49,190 nucleotides of DNA from Phycisphaeraceae bacterium (GTDB lineage Bacteria > Planctomycetota > Phycisphaerae > Phycisphaerales > Zrk34): positions 1 to 49,190 of the forward strand of contig JBBDRF010000025.1 in NCBI GenBank assembly GCA_040905565.1, in the 5' to 3' direction. Shown piece by piece: positions 29,963 to 40,010 of the stretch; positions within the stretch are counted from its first letter, which is position 1; each line of letters opens with the position of its first letter. The translations under genes and the position numbers were made by a program. Under the pieces are notes generated by a model. It made no database searches. It was not told the origin of the DNA and was given only the letters and a program-made list of their open reading frames with translations.

Positions 29963-30795
29963 ATCGTGCCGACGCTGATCACATCGCGGACCACCATCAT
30001 CACCACCACAGCCACGCCGGCTGCCACCACGGCACGCTCGGCGAACACCACGGCCGCGCTGATGCCATCTGCATCGACCACCTCTCCTTCCGCTACGGCT
30101 CCGTCCAGGCGCTCCGCGATGTGACGCTTCACGTCGAAAACGGCTGCATCCTCGGCATCATCGGTCCCAACGGCGGCGGCAAAACGACCCTGCTCAAAAT
30201 CCTCCTCGGCCTCCTCGAAGGCTACCAGGGCAGCGTCGAAATCATGGGCCACCATCCGCGCGACGTCTGCCGTCACGGGCAGCTCGTCGGCTATGTCCCC
30301 CAGCGTCACGAGTACGAGCGCCGCTTCCCCGCCAATGTGCGGCAGGTCGTCCGCATGGGCCTCGCTGGGCGTGCCGGGCTGCTGCGTCGCTACCGCAAAG
30401 ACGATCTGGAGCGCGTCGAACATCTGATGCATCAGGTCGGCGTGATGGAACTGGCCGACCGCCCGATCGGCAACCTCAGCGGTGGTCAGCAGCAGCGAGT
30501 GTTCATCGCTCGTGCCCTCGCAGCCGGTCCGAGCATTCTGCTGCTGGATGAGCCGACCATCGGCATCGACGTCTCCGGGCAGCAGCGATTCGCCGAGCTC
30601 GTCCGCAAGCTTCACGAGGAGCACGGCCTCACGGTCGTCATCGTCTCCCACGACCTCCGCGCCGTCGCTGCCTCCTGCGAAAAGGTCGCCTGCCTCGCCC
30701 GCACCGTCCACTACCACGATGCCCCCGCAGGCCTCACCGAGGACGTGCTCCGCGAAGTCTTCAGCCACGACATCGAACCCCTCCTCAAGACCTAA
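29959..30795 (+). CDS. znuC: Metal ABC transporter ATP-binding protein with a His-rich N-terminus
   Basis: GPNGGGKT, YVPQ, LSGGQQQRVFIARAL, LLDEP, VSHD; ATGA overlap with the binding protein. Confidence 0.85.
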   Translation: MNRADADHIADHHHHHHSHAGCHHGTLGEHHGRADAICIDHLSFRYGSVQALRDVTLHVENGCILGIIGPNGGGKTTLLKILLGLLEGYQGSVEIMGHHPRDVCRHGQLVGYVPQRHEYERRFPANVRQVVRMGLAGRAGLLRRYRKDDLERVEHLMHQVGVMELADRPIGNLSGGQQQRVFIARALAAGPSILLLDEPTIGIDVSGQQRFAELVRKLHEEHGLTVVIVSHDLRAVAASCEKVACLARTVHYHDAPAGLTEDVLREVFSHDIEPLLKT

Positions 30796-30800
30796 CCGAA

Positions 30801-30823
30801 GCCCACGGCGTACCGCCGTGGGT
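30801..30823. repeat. Short GC hairpin, REP-like or terminator-like
   Basis: GCCCACGGCG-TAC-CGCCGTGGGT. Confidence 0.5.
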
Positions 30824-30836
30824 TGTGAAAACCCGC

Positions 30837-31292
30837 ATGACTCATCCGACGCGCCAACAACTTATGGCCCAGCTTGCGGTGCTGCGGACGCGTTTAGCGA
30901 AGTACCAAATCCGTGGAGCCTCAGATTATGCCGAGGTCCTCATAGCAGAATCCGTAGGTGGAGAACGCGCCGCAAGCGGCGTAAATCAAGGCTTTGATGT
31001 GACCTCGCAGGATTTTGGTCGAATCGAGGTCAAATGTCGTCGACTTCCTGCTGATGGCCGCCGAGAGGAGCGTGTCGATCTGCGGGAGACAAAAGCCGAC
31101 GGTTTTGATTCTCTGGCCATCGTCATTTTCTTCCCGGACTTCAATGTCAAAGGTGCTGTGTTGGTTCCGTATGCTGAGGTGTGGCCCGTGGTGGCGGCGC
31201 GGCCGTACCGCCGTATTAGCTACCCGGAGGCATGTCGGCTATCGGGCGCAATCGATATCACCATGCGAGTTGTTGAAGCCGCCGGTCGGTGA
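30837..31292 (+). CDS. Small PD-(D/E)XK nuclease-like protein
   Basis: DYAE helix then GFD-x8-EVK; more A/T-ending codons than neighbours (by eye). Confidence 0.55.
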   Translation: MTHPTRQQLMAQLAVLRTRLAKYQIRGASDYAEVLIAESVGGERAASGVNQGFDVTSQDFGRIEVKCRRLPADGRREERVDLRETKADGFDSLAIVIFFPDFNVKGAVLVPYAEVWPVVAARPYRRISYPEACRLSGAIDITMRVVEAAGR

Positions 31293-31411
31293 CCGACTTC
31301 TCCGCCGTGTGTTCCTCTGCCCGCACCTTCGCCTTGTGACACCTCGCAGTGCGCGGTAGATTTGCAGTGGGGGCGGAGGGCCGCTGTTATTTCGCGCAAT
31401 GGCTCTTCTTC

Positions 31412-31427
31412 TGGCACCGTTTTTGTT
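31412..31427 (+). promoter_or_regulatory. Sigma54-like -24/-12 promoter upstream of glutamine synthetase
   Basis: TGGCAC-N5-TTGTT versus consensus TGGCAC-N5-TTGCW; one mismatch at the conserved C; nitrogen-gene context. Confidence 0.45.
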
Positions 31428-31430
31428 GTG

Positions 31431-31507
31431 CGGATGGGTACAGGCGATGGGTGAAAGCCCGAAAGTCGTCTGAGAGGCGGCCGGATGTTCCGGCCGGGGA
31501 CCCACCG
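31431..31507 (+). ncRNA. Candidate structured 5' leader RNA of GSIII
   Basis: Helices CAGGCGAT/GTCGTCTG, GGGT-GAAA-GCCC, CGGCCGGA/TCCGGCCG and a possible closing stem; folded by eye. Confidence 0.45.
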
Positions 31508-31557
31508 GTTCTGCGAACGCCGAGAGATCAATCGAAATGAAAGAAGGACTTGCCTCC

Positions 31558-33732
31558 ATGTCGAAGGAAGCCCGTTTGAACGCCGTCGCCGCGGTCACCC
31601 GCTGGCAGCCGCGTACCCCCCCTGAAGCCACCGCCCACGTCGAGGACATCTTCGGCGCTAACGTCTTCACGCTCGAGAGGATGCGCGAACGGCTGCCCAA
31701 GCCCGTCTTCAAGAACCTGCTGGCGACGATCGACCGGGGCCAGAAGGTCGACCCCTCCATCGCCGACGCCGTTGCCATTGCCATGCGCGACTGGGCCGTC
31801 GACAAGGGCGCCACGCACTATACCCATTGGTTCCAGCCGCTTACGGGTCTGACCGCTGAGAAACACGACTCGTTCATCACGCCCACGTTCGGCGGCGGCG
31901 CGCTCAAAGAGTTCAGCGGCAAAGAGCTGATCCAGGGCGAGCCCGACGCGTCAAGCCTCCCCTCAGGCGGCCTGCGCACCACCTTCGAAGCCCGAGGCTA
32001 TACCGCGTGGGACCCCACCAGCCCGGCCTTCATCGTCGAAAACCCCAACGGCACCGTGCTTTGCATTCCGACGGCCTACGCGTCGTGGACCGGCGAGGCG
32101 CTGGATAAGAAGACGCCCTTGATGCGTTCGATGGCCGCCATCTCCGAGCAGGCCGTCCGGGCGCTCAAGATCTTCGGCGTCGACGCCAACCGCGTCATCT
32201 CGACCGTTGGTGCTGAGCAGGAATACTTCCTCATCGACAGCAACTTCTTCTACGCCCGCCCCGACCTCATGACCTGCGGCCGCACGCTCTTCGGGGCCGC
32301 TCCGCCACGTGGGCAGGAACTGGAAGACCACTACTTCGGGCAGATCCCCGACCGCGTCCTCGCTTACATGCTCGAAGCGGAGATGGAGCTTTACAAACTC
32401 GGCGTGCCCGTCAAAACGCGCCACAACGAGGTCGCCCCCGGCCAGTACGAAATCGCACCGATCTTCGAAGAATCCAACGTCGCCAACGATCATCAGCAGA
32501 TGACCATGACGATGCTTCAACGGCTGGCGCCGAAGTACGGTCTGAAGTGCCTGCTGCACGAAAAACCCTTCGCCGGCATCAACGGTTCGGGCAAGCATAA
32601 CAACTGGGCGCTCGGCACGGACAAGGGCAAGAACCTGCTGGATCCCGGCGATAACCCGCATCAGAATCTGCAGTTCCTGTTCTTCTGCACGGCTGTCATT
32701 CAGGCGGTCTACCGCCACGCGGACCTGCTGCGTGTCTCGGTGGCGAACGCGGGGAACGATCATCGTCTCGGTGCGAACGAAGCCCCGCCGGCGATCATCA
32801 GCATCTTCCTCGGCGATCAGCTCAGCGGCATCTATGAGAAGCTCGAAGACGGCAAGCTCGAGGCGGGCGCGAAGGCGGGGCTTCTGGGCCTCGGCGTCGA
32901 CGTGCTGCCGCCGCTTCCCAAGGATGCCGGCGACCGTAACCGCACGTCACCGTTCGCCTTTACGGGCAACAAGTTCGAGTTCCGCGCCCTCGGTTCCAAC
33001 CAGTCGGTGGCCGGGCCGAACGTGGTGCTGAACACGATCGTGGCCGAGTCGATCGATGAGCTGGCGACGACGATGGAGAAGGCCGTCGCAGCCGGCAAGA
33101 GCGTGGAGGACGCCCTCGGCGAGACGATCCGTTCGGTCATGAAGGACGCCAAGGCGGTTCTCTTCGACGGCGACGGCTACTCCGACGAGTGGCATAAAGA
33201 GGCGGAAAAACGCGGTCTTCCGAACTACCGGACCACCGTCGATGCGCTGCCTCACCTCGCCGATGCGAAGAACGTGAAGCTGTTCGGCAAGTACAACGTG
33301 CTCAGCGAACGCGAGGTCGAATCGCGTGAGGACATCTACATCGAGCAGTACGTGAAGGTCATCAACATTGAGGCGGAGACGACCGCTTCGATCGGCCGCA
33401 CGATGATTCTGCCCGCGGCACTGGCGTATCAGCAGCAGATCGCGGCTTCGGTCAGCGGAGCCAAGGCGGCCGGCACGGACTGCGTCGGTGGTAAGGAACT
33501 GCTGGATGAGCTGTGCGGTACGATCTGTAAGTTCAAAGCAGCACTGGATCAACTGCGGAAGGTCAATGATCACGACGATCCGCCGACGAAGCTCGAGCAC
33601 GCGAAGTTTATGCTCAACGAGGTCGTGCCGGCGATGAACGCGGTGCGTGAAATCGGCGACGATCTGGAGAAGACTGTGCCCGCGGATGGGTGGCCCTTGC
33701 CGGTGTATCGGGACATGCTTTTCGTCAAGTAA
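31558..33732 (+). CDS. glnA: Glutamine synthetase type III (GlnN-type)
   Basis: About 724 aa; [88 protein letters not shown]. Confidence 0.97.
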   Translation: MSKEARLNAVAAVTRWQPRTPPEATAHVEDIFGANVFTLERMRERLPKPVFKNLLATIDRGQKVDPSIADAVAIAMRDWAVDKGATHYTHWFQPLTGLTAEKHDSFITPTFGGGALKEFSGKELIQGEPDASSLPSGGLRTTFEARGYTAWDPTSPAFIVENPNGTVLCIPTAYASWTGEALDKKTPLMRSMAAISEQAVRALKIFGVDANRVISTVGAEQEYFLIDSNFFYARPDLMTCGRTLFGAAPPRGQELEDHYFGQIPDRVLAYMLEAEMELYKLGVPVKTRHNEVAPGQYEIAPIFEESNVANDHQQMTMTMLQRLAPKYGLKCLLHEKPFAGINGSGKHNNWALGTDKGKNLLDPGDNPHQNLQFLFFCTAVIQAVYRHADLLRVSVANAGNDHRLGANEAPPAIISIFLGDQLSGIYEKLEDGKLEAGAKAGLLGLGVDVLPPLPKDAGDRNRTSPFAFTGNKFEFRALGSNQSVAGPNVVLNTIVAESIDELATTMEKAVAAGKSVEDALGETIRSVMKDAKAVLFDGDGYSDEWHKEAEKRGLPNYRTTVDALPHLADAKNVKLFGKYNVLSEREVESREDIYIEQYVKVINIEAETTASIGRTMILPAALAYQQQIAASVSGAKAAGTDCVGGKELLDELCGTICKFKAALDQLRKVNDHDDPPTKLEHAKFMLNEVVPAMNAVREIGDDLEKTVPADGWPLPVYRDMLFVK

Positions 33733-33755
33733 ACCGACATTAATCGTAGTTTCGC

Positions 33756-33792
33756 AACGGTCGTCCCCTGCCCCGGGGGCGACCGTTTTTTT
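33756..33792 (+). terminator. GSIII terminator
   Basis: AACGGTCGTCCC/GGGGCGACCGTT stem plus T-tract. Confidence 0.85.
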
Positions 33793-33886
33793 GCGCGGTC
33801 AGCGTGACTGAAAACTGCGCGTAGGGGGTGAAACCGCGCGCTTTTTAGGCGGCGGCTTCGGCGGCGAGGGAAGCTTGGGAAAAAAT

Positions 33887-34402
33887 TCAGGCTTCACGTT
33901 GCCAGCCGAGGATGGCGACATCGACCCAGCGTTCGTCGAGTTCGGCGACGTTCGGCAGCGTGCCCCATCGCTCAAATCCGAACCGCTCGAAGAGGCGAAC
34001 GCTCGGCTGATTGTGCGTGAAGACGAGTGCGAGCACCGTCCGGATGTGCAGGCGGGGGCACTGATCGAGCGCGTGCTGGAGCATGACCGGGCCGAGGCCT
34101 TGCCCCTGGTGGTCGGGGTGGAGGTAGATGGCGATTTCGACGGTGGCGTGATAGGCGGGGCGGCCGTAGAAATCGCGGATGCTGCAGTAGCCTGCGATCG
34201 CGCCGTGCCGACTGCCGCCTTCAACTTCGGCGACCCAGAAGGGGCGGCGGTCGGGGCTGTGATGCTGAAAACTCAGCAGCCGCTGCTGAAGCGTGACGGG
34301 TTCGAGATCGGTCGTGGCGAGGCGGCTGGGGATGCTGGCGTTGTAGATGTCCAGCACGGCGGGCATGTCGCGGGCGGTGGCATCACGAATGTTCCACGTC
34401 AC
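33887..34402 (-). CDS. GNAT acetyltransferase, PAT/YncA(MddA) family
   Basis: IYNASI, FYGRPAYHATVEIAIY, QGQGLG, HNQPSVRLFERFGF, WVDV. Confidence 0.85.
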   Translation of the reverse strand: MTWNIRDATARDMPAVLDIYNASIPSRLATTDLEPVTLQQRLLSFQHHSPDRRPFWVAEVEGGSRHGAIAGYCSIRDFYGRPAYHATVEIAIYLHPDHQGQGLGPVMLQHALDQCPRLHIRTVLALVFTHNQPSVRLFERFGFERWGTLPNVAELDERWVDVAILGWQREA

Positions 34403-34467
34403 GGACGAGACTCCGGGAGGTAGGGGAGATTTCGGCGGGAAGGCATGAGGCGTATACTGAACGACCT

Positions 34468-35466
34468 ATGTTAAACGATGAGAAACGAATAATCTGCCGT
34501 CCCCGTCGGCTGCGTCGTGGTCAGGTGATGCGTGACGCGGTGGCCGACGTTCGCCTGCACGTGGACAACCTGGTGATGCCGCTGTTCGTGCGGGAGGGAC
34601 ACGGGCTGCGTCGTGAGGTCGCTTCGATGCCAGGCGTGGCGCAAATGTCGCCCGACGTGGCGGTGGAAACGATGCGGAGCCTCGGCGATCTCGGCGTCAA
34701 CAAGTTCATTTTGTTCGGCGTGACCGATGCGGAGAAGAAGGATGCCGAGGGGACCGCTTCGCTTGATCCCGGGAACCCGGTGAACGCCACGGTTCGTCTG
34801 GCGCGGCAGCAGCGGGTCGAGGCCCTGCTGATCGCGGACCTGTGCTTCTGCGAGTACACCGACCATGGCCATTGCGGGACGCTTTGCGACGATGCAAATC
34901 TCACGGTCGACAACGATGCGACGCTGCCGAGGCTGGGGCAGCAGGCGGTGGTGCTGGCTGAGTCGGGGTGCGACATTGTGGCGCCGTCGGGCATGATGGA
35001 CGGGCAGGTGGCGGCGATCCGCAGTGCACTGGATGAAGCGAAGCATACGGACACGGCGATCCTGAGCTACGCGGTGAAATATGCGTCGGCGATGTACGGG
35101 CCGTTCCGTGATGCGGGGGAGGGGGCGCCAAGCTTCGGCGATCGGCGGGGGTATCAGATGGACTACCGTCGCAGCCGTGAGTGGCAGACGGAGTTGGCGC
35201 TGGATGAGCGGGAGGGCGCGGACATGGTCATGATCAAGCCAGCGGCACACTACCTGGACATCATCGCGCAGGTTCGGCGGGCGAGCGTGCTGCCGGTGGC
35301 GGCTTACCACGTGAGCGGCGAGTTCAGCATGATCCACGCGGCGGCAGAGAAGGGCTACGTCGATCTCCGCGAAGCGGCGCTGGAGGTGACGACCGCCATT
35401 CGCCGGGCCGGTGCCGATCTGGTGCTGACGTACTTCGCGCCGCAGCTTGCTCGTTGGCTCCGCTGA
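34468..35466 (+). CDS. hemB: Porphobilinogen synthase with Cys-type Zn site
   Basis: RPRRLR, DLCFCEYTDHGHCG, APSGMMDG, YGPFRDA, MIKPA, AYHVSGE. Confidence 0.97.
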   Translation: MLNDEKRIICRPRRLRRGQVMRDAVADVRLHVDNLVMPLFVREGHGLRREVASMPGVAQMSPDVAVETMRSLGDLGVNKFILFGVTDAEKKDAEGTASLDPGNPVNATVRLARQQRVEALLIADLCFCEYTDHGHCGTLCDDANLTVDNDATLPRLGQQAVVLAESGCDIVAPSGMMDGQVAAIRSALDEAKHTDTAILSYAVKYASAMYGPFRDAGEGAPSFGDRRGYQMDYRRSREWQTELALDEREGADMVMIKPAAHYLDIIAQVRRASVLPVAAYHVSGEFSMIHAAAEKGYVDLREAALEVTTAIRRAGADLVLTYFAPQLARWLR

Positions 35467-35504
35467 GGGCCTCCGGTATACTGGTGGGCGCGATTCAGAG
35501 GGAG

Positions 35505-36152
35505 ATGGCTATCTTTTCGACACCGAAGATGTGTTTCGACAGGATCGGTGTATTCGCCGTTTGTCTGTTACTTTTGATCGGGCTCTCGGCTTGTACGACG
35601 GTCCGCACGACCGATCCGCCACAGACGGCGACGGAGCAGTTTCTCCTCAGCCGGGCTGCTGAGCGGGCGGTCGATCAGATTTCCGCTGACGCGTTGCGCG
35701 GGCGGCGGGTTTTTGTTGACGATACGTATTTCCCTTCATCGCAGCAGTACATGCTTGCGGAGATTCGGGCGAAGCTTTTGCAGGACGGCATCCGCATGAC
35801 ACGCGTGCGCGATGAGGCGCAGATCGTGGTGGAAGTGCGGACAGCGGGCATCGGCATCGACCGTTACGAGTTCCTGCTCGGCGTGCCGGCCTTCGCGCTG
35901 GGGGCAGCGGCTGGCGCGACGGGAACCGGCACGGGCGATACCGCCATCACCACACCTGAACTCGCGCTGATTAAGAACACAAGGCAGTGGGGGGCGGCAA
36001 GCGTCGCCATGGTCGCCTACTGGTCGGATACGGGCGAAGTGGTGGCGACTTCCGGGCCGTTCATCGGACGAAGCTTCCGCGAGGACTGGTGGTTCTTCGG
36101 CGCAGGCCCCCGCAGCATCGGCAACATCCCGGTTCTGGAACCGCCCGAGTAA
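35505..36152 (+). CDS. Conserved-looking lipoprotein (DUF6655-like)
   Basis: Lipobox LSAC followed by T..RTTDPPQTATEQFL; start 35505 or 35529; family name from recall. Confidence 0.65.
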   Translation: MAIFSTPKMCFDRIGVFAVCLLLLIGLSACTTVRTTDPPQTATEQFLLSRAAERAVDQISADALRGRRVFVDDTYFPSSQQYMLAEIRAKLLQDGIRMTRVRDEAQIVVEVRTAGIGIDRYEFLLGVPAFALGAAAGATGTGTGDTAITTPELALIKNTRQWGAASVAMVAYWSDTGEVVATSGPFIGRSFREDWWFFGAGPRSIGNIPVLEPPE

Positions 36153-36198
36153 TTGCGGACCAGTGTGACGGGTCGGCGGGCGGGCGGGAGATATTGCT

Positions 36199-39100
36199 GT
36201 GAACACGACCTACACTCCGAGCACTCACCGGAAGAGAACGATGTTGCGGCGTCTGATTATCCTTTTGATCATTGTCCTCGTGCTTGGCGCGATCATTGCG
36301 GGCGTGGCGCATGCGGTGCTGAAATCGGACACGCCGCGCCGAATCGCGATCGATCAGATCGAGGCGATCACGGGGTTGAAAACCGAGATCGATTCAGTCG
36401 AGCTTTCGTGGGGCGGGCGGGCGCATGTGACGGGATTGAAGCTGACGGCACCGCTGGAGGATGAACCGTTCGTTTCCATTGATGCGGCGACGGCGGAACT
36501 CAGCCCGCTGCTGCTGGTGGCGGTTACGCAGAACCCGGGCCTTGAGCATGTGACGGTGGACGGTCTGGAGCTGGCGCTGCGTCAGCATGATGATGGGCAG
36601 TGGAATCTGCTGCAGATTCTTGACCGGTTCGAGGGCGAGGGCGATGGAGGCCCGGCGGGGCAGCCGCCGAAGATTGAGCTTACCAATTCGGTCGTCACGG
36701 TTGAGGATAACCAGGGGCGGCGAACGCGGCTGGATGAGATCACGCTGACCGGAGAGCCGGTGGGTGCGGCGGCGTTCATGTTTGATGCGGCGGCGAAGCC
36801 GGGGTTGGCTGCGTCCGGCCGCATCGATCTTCGCGGCTCGCAACGCCATCGCATCGACTTCAATGTTGAGGGGGTGCGTGCGCTGGCTCACGACTGGCTG
36901 GCGGAACTGGACCTGCCCGAAGGCGATCTGGCGGTGGCGGGCAACTGGAGCGGGCGGCTGAGCGACGGCGATGTGCTCGGGCAACTGGCGATCAATTCCC
37001 TGCATGTGGGGCCGTTGAGCGGGCACGGCATCCTCGGGATCAGCGCGGGAGCGGACGACGTGGAGGTGACGGTGGAGCACTGGCTCGCTTCGCTGGAGGA
37101 TGAACGTGTCGGGCCGGTGCAGCTGACGGGCGGCAGTGTCGAGATCGTCGGCGATCAGCTTCGTGTGCATCGCCTGCAGGCGGAAGTGATGCACACGAGC
37201 GTTCGGGCGGACGGGACATGGTCGCTTGCAGAGCAGACCGGCCGGGCGAGCGTGAGTTGGTCGGGGCAGATGGCCGAAGCAATGAACCTGTCGCACGATG
37301 GCGAGGCGGATTTCCAGCTGGAATCGATCACGCCTGGTCGGCAGCAGATTACCGCTACGCTTCGCACGCGTGGCACGATGGATGAAGGGGAGTGGGACGC
37401 GCAGGCGGAGTTGCTGGCCAGCGGTGCTTCGCCCGCGGAGATGACTTGGCAGTTGCGGCTGCCTCAGGGCGCGTGGCGTGATGCGGAAAGGACGGTTTCG
37501 TTCGGCGACAGTGCGGTGGAGGTGGTGACGGCGCTGCCGACGGTGACGCTGCGGCGGGCGAGGCTTGCGGGGCAGCGGATCAGCGGGACAGCCGTGGCGA
37601 ATCTCGAGGCGGCGACGTGGCGTGCGGACCTTTCCACGCGGCAGTGGGGTGTGCCGGTGGTCGATCTGCCCGCCCCGATCGATTTCGATCTTGAGGCGGA
37701 AGGCGATCCGGCAGCGGCATACGTCCGCTCGTTCAAGCTGCTGACCGATGGGCTTGAGCTGGAGGCGGACGGCAAATACATGTTCGGTGCGGACCGGCCG
37801 CTTCAGGCTGCGTTTCGGAGCACGGTGCGTCATGAGGTTGCCGCGGACGTGGCCGACGGGCCGCTCGCGCCCGGTGATGCGGTCCCGACTGAGCGACAGG
37901 AGACGCCGTTTGCGGGGCGGGTGTTTGTCGAAGGTGAGCTGCGCGGAAGTCTGACGCCGTTGGCGATTACGGCTGAGGGCAACACGTTCGCCGACCACCT
38001 GGTGGTGAAGCATTATCGCCTGCACGACGTGAGCACCGCGTTCAATGCGGAGGTTGTCGACGATCGCGTGACGGTTCGCACGCCCGGTTATCTCGAACTG
38101 CTGGGTGGGGAGGTGGGTTTTGCGGTGCGCTATGCCATGGCGGACGGGACGGCGGAGGTGGGGGTGCAGATACGCGACCTGTTGCTCAACCGCATGACTG
38201 TTTATGTGGACCCCAATCTGGACGCATCGGGCACGGTCGGTGCGACGTTGGCGTTGAGTGTGCCCGAGGGCGATTTCAGCCGCATGCGTGCCACGGGTGA
38301 GTGGCAGGCGAAGGAGCTGCGGCTCGGGGAGTTCGTTGCCGTGACCGATGCGGAGGGCGGGCTCTCCACCCGGCGAAGTTTGCTGAAGCTGGATCCGATC
38401 AGCCTGCGATATAAGGACGGCGTCGCGGAGGGCCGTGCTGAGTACGACCTGGTCCAGGCGCGGACGGTGCGGGCGGTACTGACGGTGAACGAATGGCCGG
38501 TGAATCTTGATGAGGCCCGGCTAGCCACGCGTGTCAACGGCGACGTGGCGCTCGAAATCGACATCGTCGAGGCGGGGGTGACGGGGCAGGTTGATATCGA
38601 CACGGACGTGGTCTGGCGCGATCGGCCGGTGGGAACGGTGGCGGTGGCGGGGGGGCTGACGAACCAGACGTTGACGCTTGACCGGATTCGAGCGGACGTG
38701 CTGGATGGCGAGATTCGCGGTTCCGCCACGGTGCGCCTTGATGATCTTTACGCCTCTGAAGCGGACATCGCGTGGGAGAATGTCGACCTGGCGGAGGCGG
38801 AACAATGGCTGGTCTGGGAGGATGAACTGCGGGGCCGGGTCGCCGGTCGTCTGCAGGTGATGCCTGCCCGGCTGGCGCGCGCTCCCGAGCCGTTGCAGAT
38901 CGAACTCACGATCGATCCCGACGAGAACACCGGTTACCGCGAGACGCTTCTCGGGCCGACGGCGGCGACACTCTTCGCGGGGCCGGAGCGTTACCTGATC
39001 CACGATTCATCGATCGCCCTGGCCGATGGTCATCTTGAAATCTGGGCGCAGGCTGTGCCGCGTGAGGGGCGGTTGTTTGCACATTCACGGGTGGACATGC

Positions 39101-39669
39101 GCAGGCTGGATATGGCGCGGCTGTACCGGACGATTGATCCGGAGTCGCCCCCCATCGTCGGTCGGCTCAGCGGGAATGTCAGTGCCTTCGGTTTCACCGA
39201 CGATCCAGCCACGCTTGCGGGCGACGGCCTGATTCGACTTACGCAATCTGATCTGGCGCAGACGCGGATCATTGGGGCGGTCTACTCCGCAATGAGCCTG
39301 AGCTTCGGCGACAGCGAATCCAGCGGCGCCGGTCGTGTGCGGCTGCGTGCGGACAGCGGCTCGGTGCGCATCGAGGAATTCCAATACTTCAATCGCGGCG
39401 TGGATGTGCTGGGCAGCGCGACGATTGCCGACGTTTCGCTCGGGGGTGACAGTCCGATCGACGGGGCGCTCATCGGCACGCTTCGCCCACTGCGCGGGGT
39501 GGATCTGCCGTTCGCCGATGACATCGATCGCATGCTCCGCACGGTGCAAGCGGTGGCCGGGTCCATCCGGATCGAGGGCACCGTCCGCGAGCCGAACCCA
39601 CGCCAGGCGACGCTTGATGATGTTCAGTCCACGCTCAGTCGGCTCCTCGGCCCCCAGCAGCGCGAGTAA
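36199..39669 (+). CDS. AsmA/TamB-like large periplasmic beta-groove protein
   Basis: N-terminal TM anchor; DDGQWNL; repetitive amphipathic strands; C-terminal IRIEGTVREP. Confidence 0.75.
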   Translation: MNTTYTPSTHRKRTMLRRLIILLIIVLVLGAIIAGVAHAVLKSDTPRRIAIDQIEAITGLKTEIDSVELSWGGRAHVTGLKLTAPLEDEPFVSIDAATAELSPLLLVAVTQNPGLEHVTVDGLELALRQHDDGQWNLLQILDRFEGEGDGGPAGQPPKIELTNSVVTVEDNQGRRTRLDEITLTGEPVGAAAFMFDAAAKPGLAASGRIDLRGSQRHRIDFNVEGVRALAHDWLAELDLPEGDLAVAGNWSGRLSDGDVLGQLAINSLHVGPLSGHGILGISAGADDVEVTVEHWLASLEDERVGPVQLTGGSVEIVGDQLRVHRLQAEVMHTSVRADGTWSLAEQTGRASVSWSGQMAEAMNLSHDGEADFQLESITPGRQQITATLRTRGTMDEGEWDAQAELLASGASPAEMTWQLRLPQGAWRDAERTVSFGDSAVEVVTALPTVTLRRARLAGQRISGTAVANLEAATWRADLSTRQWGVPVVDLPAPIDFDLEAEGDPAAAYVRSFKLLTDGLELEADGKYMFGADRPLQAAFRSTVRHEVAADVADGPLAPGDAVPTERQETPFAGRVFVEGELRGSLTPLAITAEGNTFADHLVVKHYRLHDVSTAFNAEVVDDRVTVRTPGYLELLGGEVGFAVRYAMADGTAEVGVQIRDLLLNRMTVYVDPNLDASGTVGATLALSVPEGDFSRMRATGEWQAKELRLGEFVAVTDAEGGLSTRRSLLKLDPISLRYKDGVAEGRAEYDLVQARTVRAVLTVNEWPVNLDEARLATRVNGDVALEIDIVEAGVTGQVDIDTDVVWRDRPVGTVAVAGGLTNQTLTLDRIRADVLDGEIRGSATVRLDDLYASEADIAWENVDLAEAEQWLVWEDELRGRVAGRLQVMPARLARAPEPLQIELTIDPDENTGYRETLLGPTAATLFAGPERYLIHDSSIALADGHLEIWAQAVPREGRLFAHSRVDMRRLDMARLYRTIDPESPPIVGRLSGNVSAFGFTDDPATLAGDGLIRLTQSDLAQTRIIGAVYSAMSLSFGDSESSGAGRVRLRADSGSVRIEEFQYFNRGVDVLGSATIADVSLGGDSPIDGALIGTLRPLRGVDLPFADDIDRMLRTVQAVAGSIRIEGTVREPNPRQATLDDVQSTLSRLLGPQQRE

Positions 39670-39754
39670 AGCTCGGCGTGGGCGGTTGGGAAGATGCCGG
39701 TTGACCTCGCGGGGTCGGGCGTCCTTCAATGGCGGCGGGGGGGAGGGACCTTTG

Positions 39755-39973
39755 ATGAATCGCGAGGGACCGGTGGGAGATCCGGATCGTGAGCCGCGCT
39801 CGCAGCGTCAGAGGCGTTGGCAGCGGCGTGTGCTTTGGGTGACGGCAGCGGTGCTTCTGGTTCTGATCGTCTACTTCGCCGTGATCTTTGTGATGCGGTC
39901 GGAGCCTGAGCCTCCGCCACCGCCTGTTCCCGAGCTTCGGTCTCCCCCGTCCTCGAGCCCACTTTCAGAGTGA
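39755..39973 (+). CDS. Small single-TM protein with a Pro-rich tail (72 aa)
   Basis: GGGAGG RBS; basic patch, TM helix, EPEPPPPP. Confidence 0.55.
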   Translation: MNREGPVGDPDREPRSQRQRRWQRRVLWVTAAVLLVLIVYFAVIFVMRSEPEPPPPPVPELRSPPSSSPLSE

Positions 39974-40010
39974 CCTTGATCCGTGGCATCACGATTGCGG
40001 AAGGCGTGGC

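Noticed and set aside
31440..31480. GSIII leader as a fluoride or guanidine/ykkC riboswitch
   Set aside because: Only short words match (AGGCGATGG, AAAGCCCG); the other conserved elements and their order are missing.
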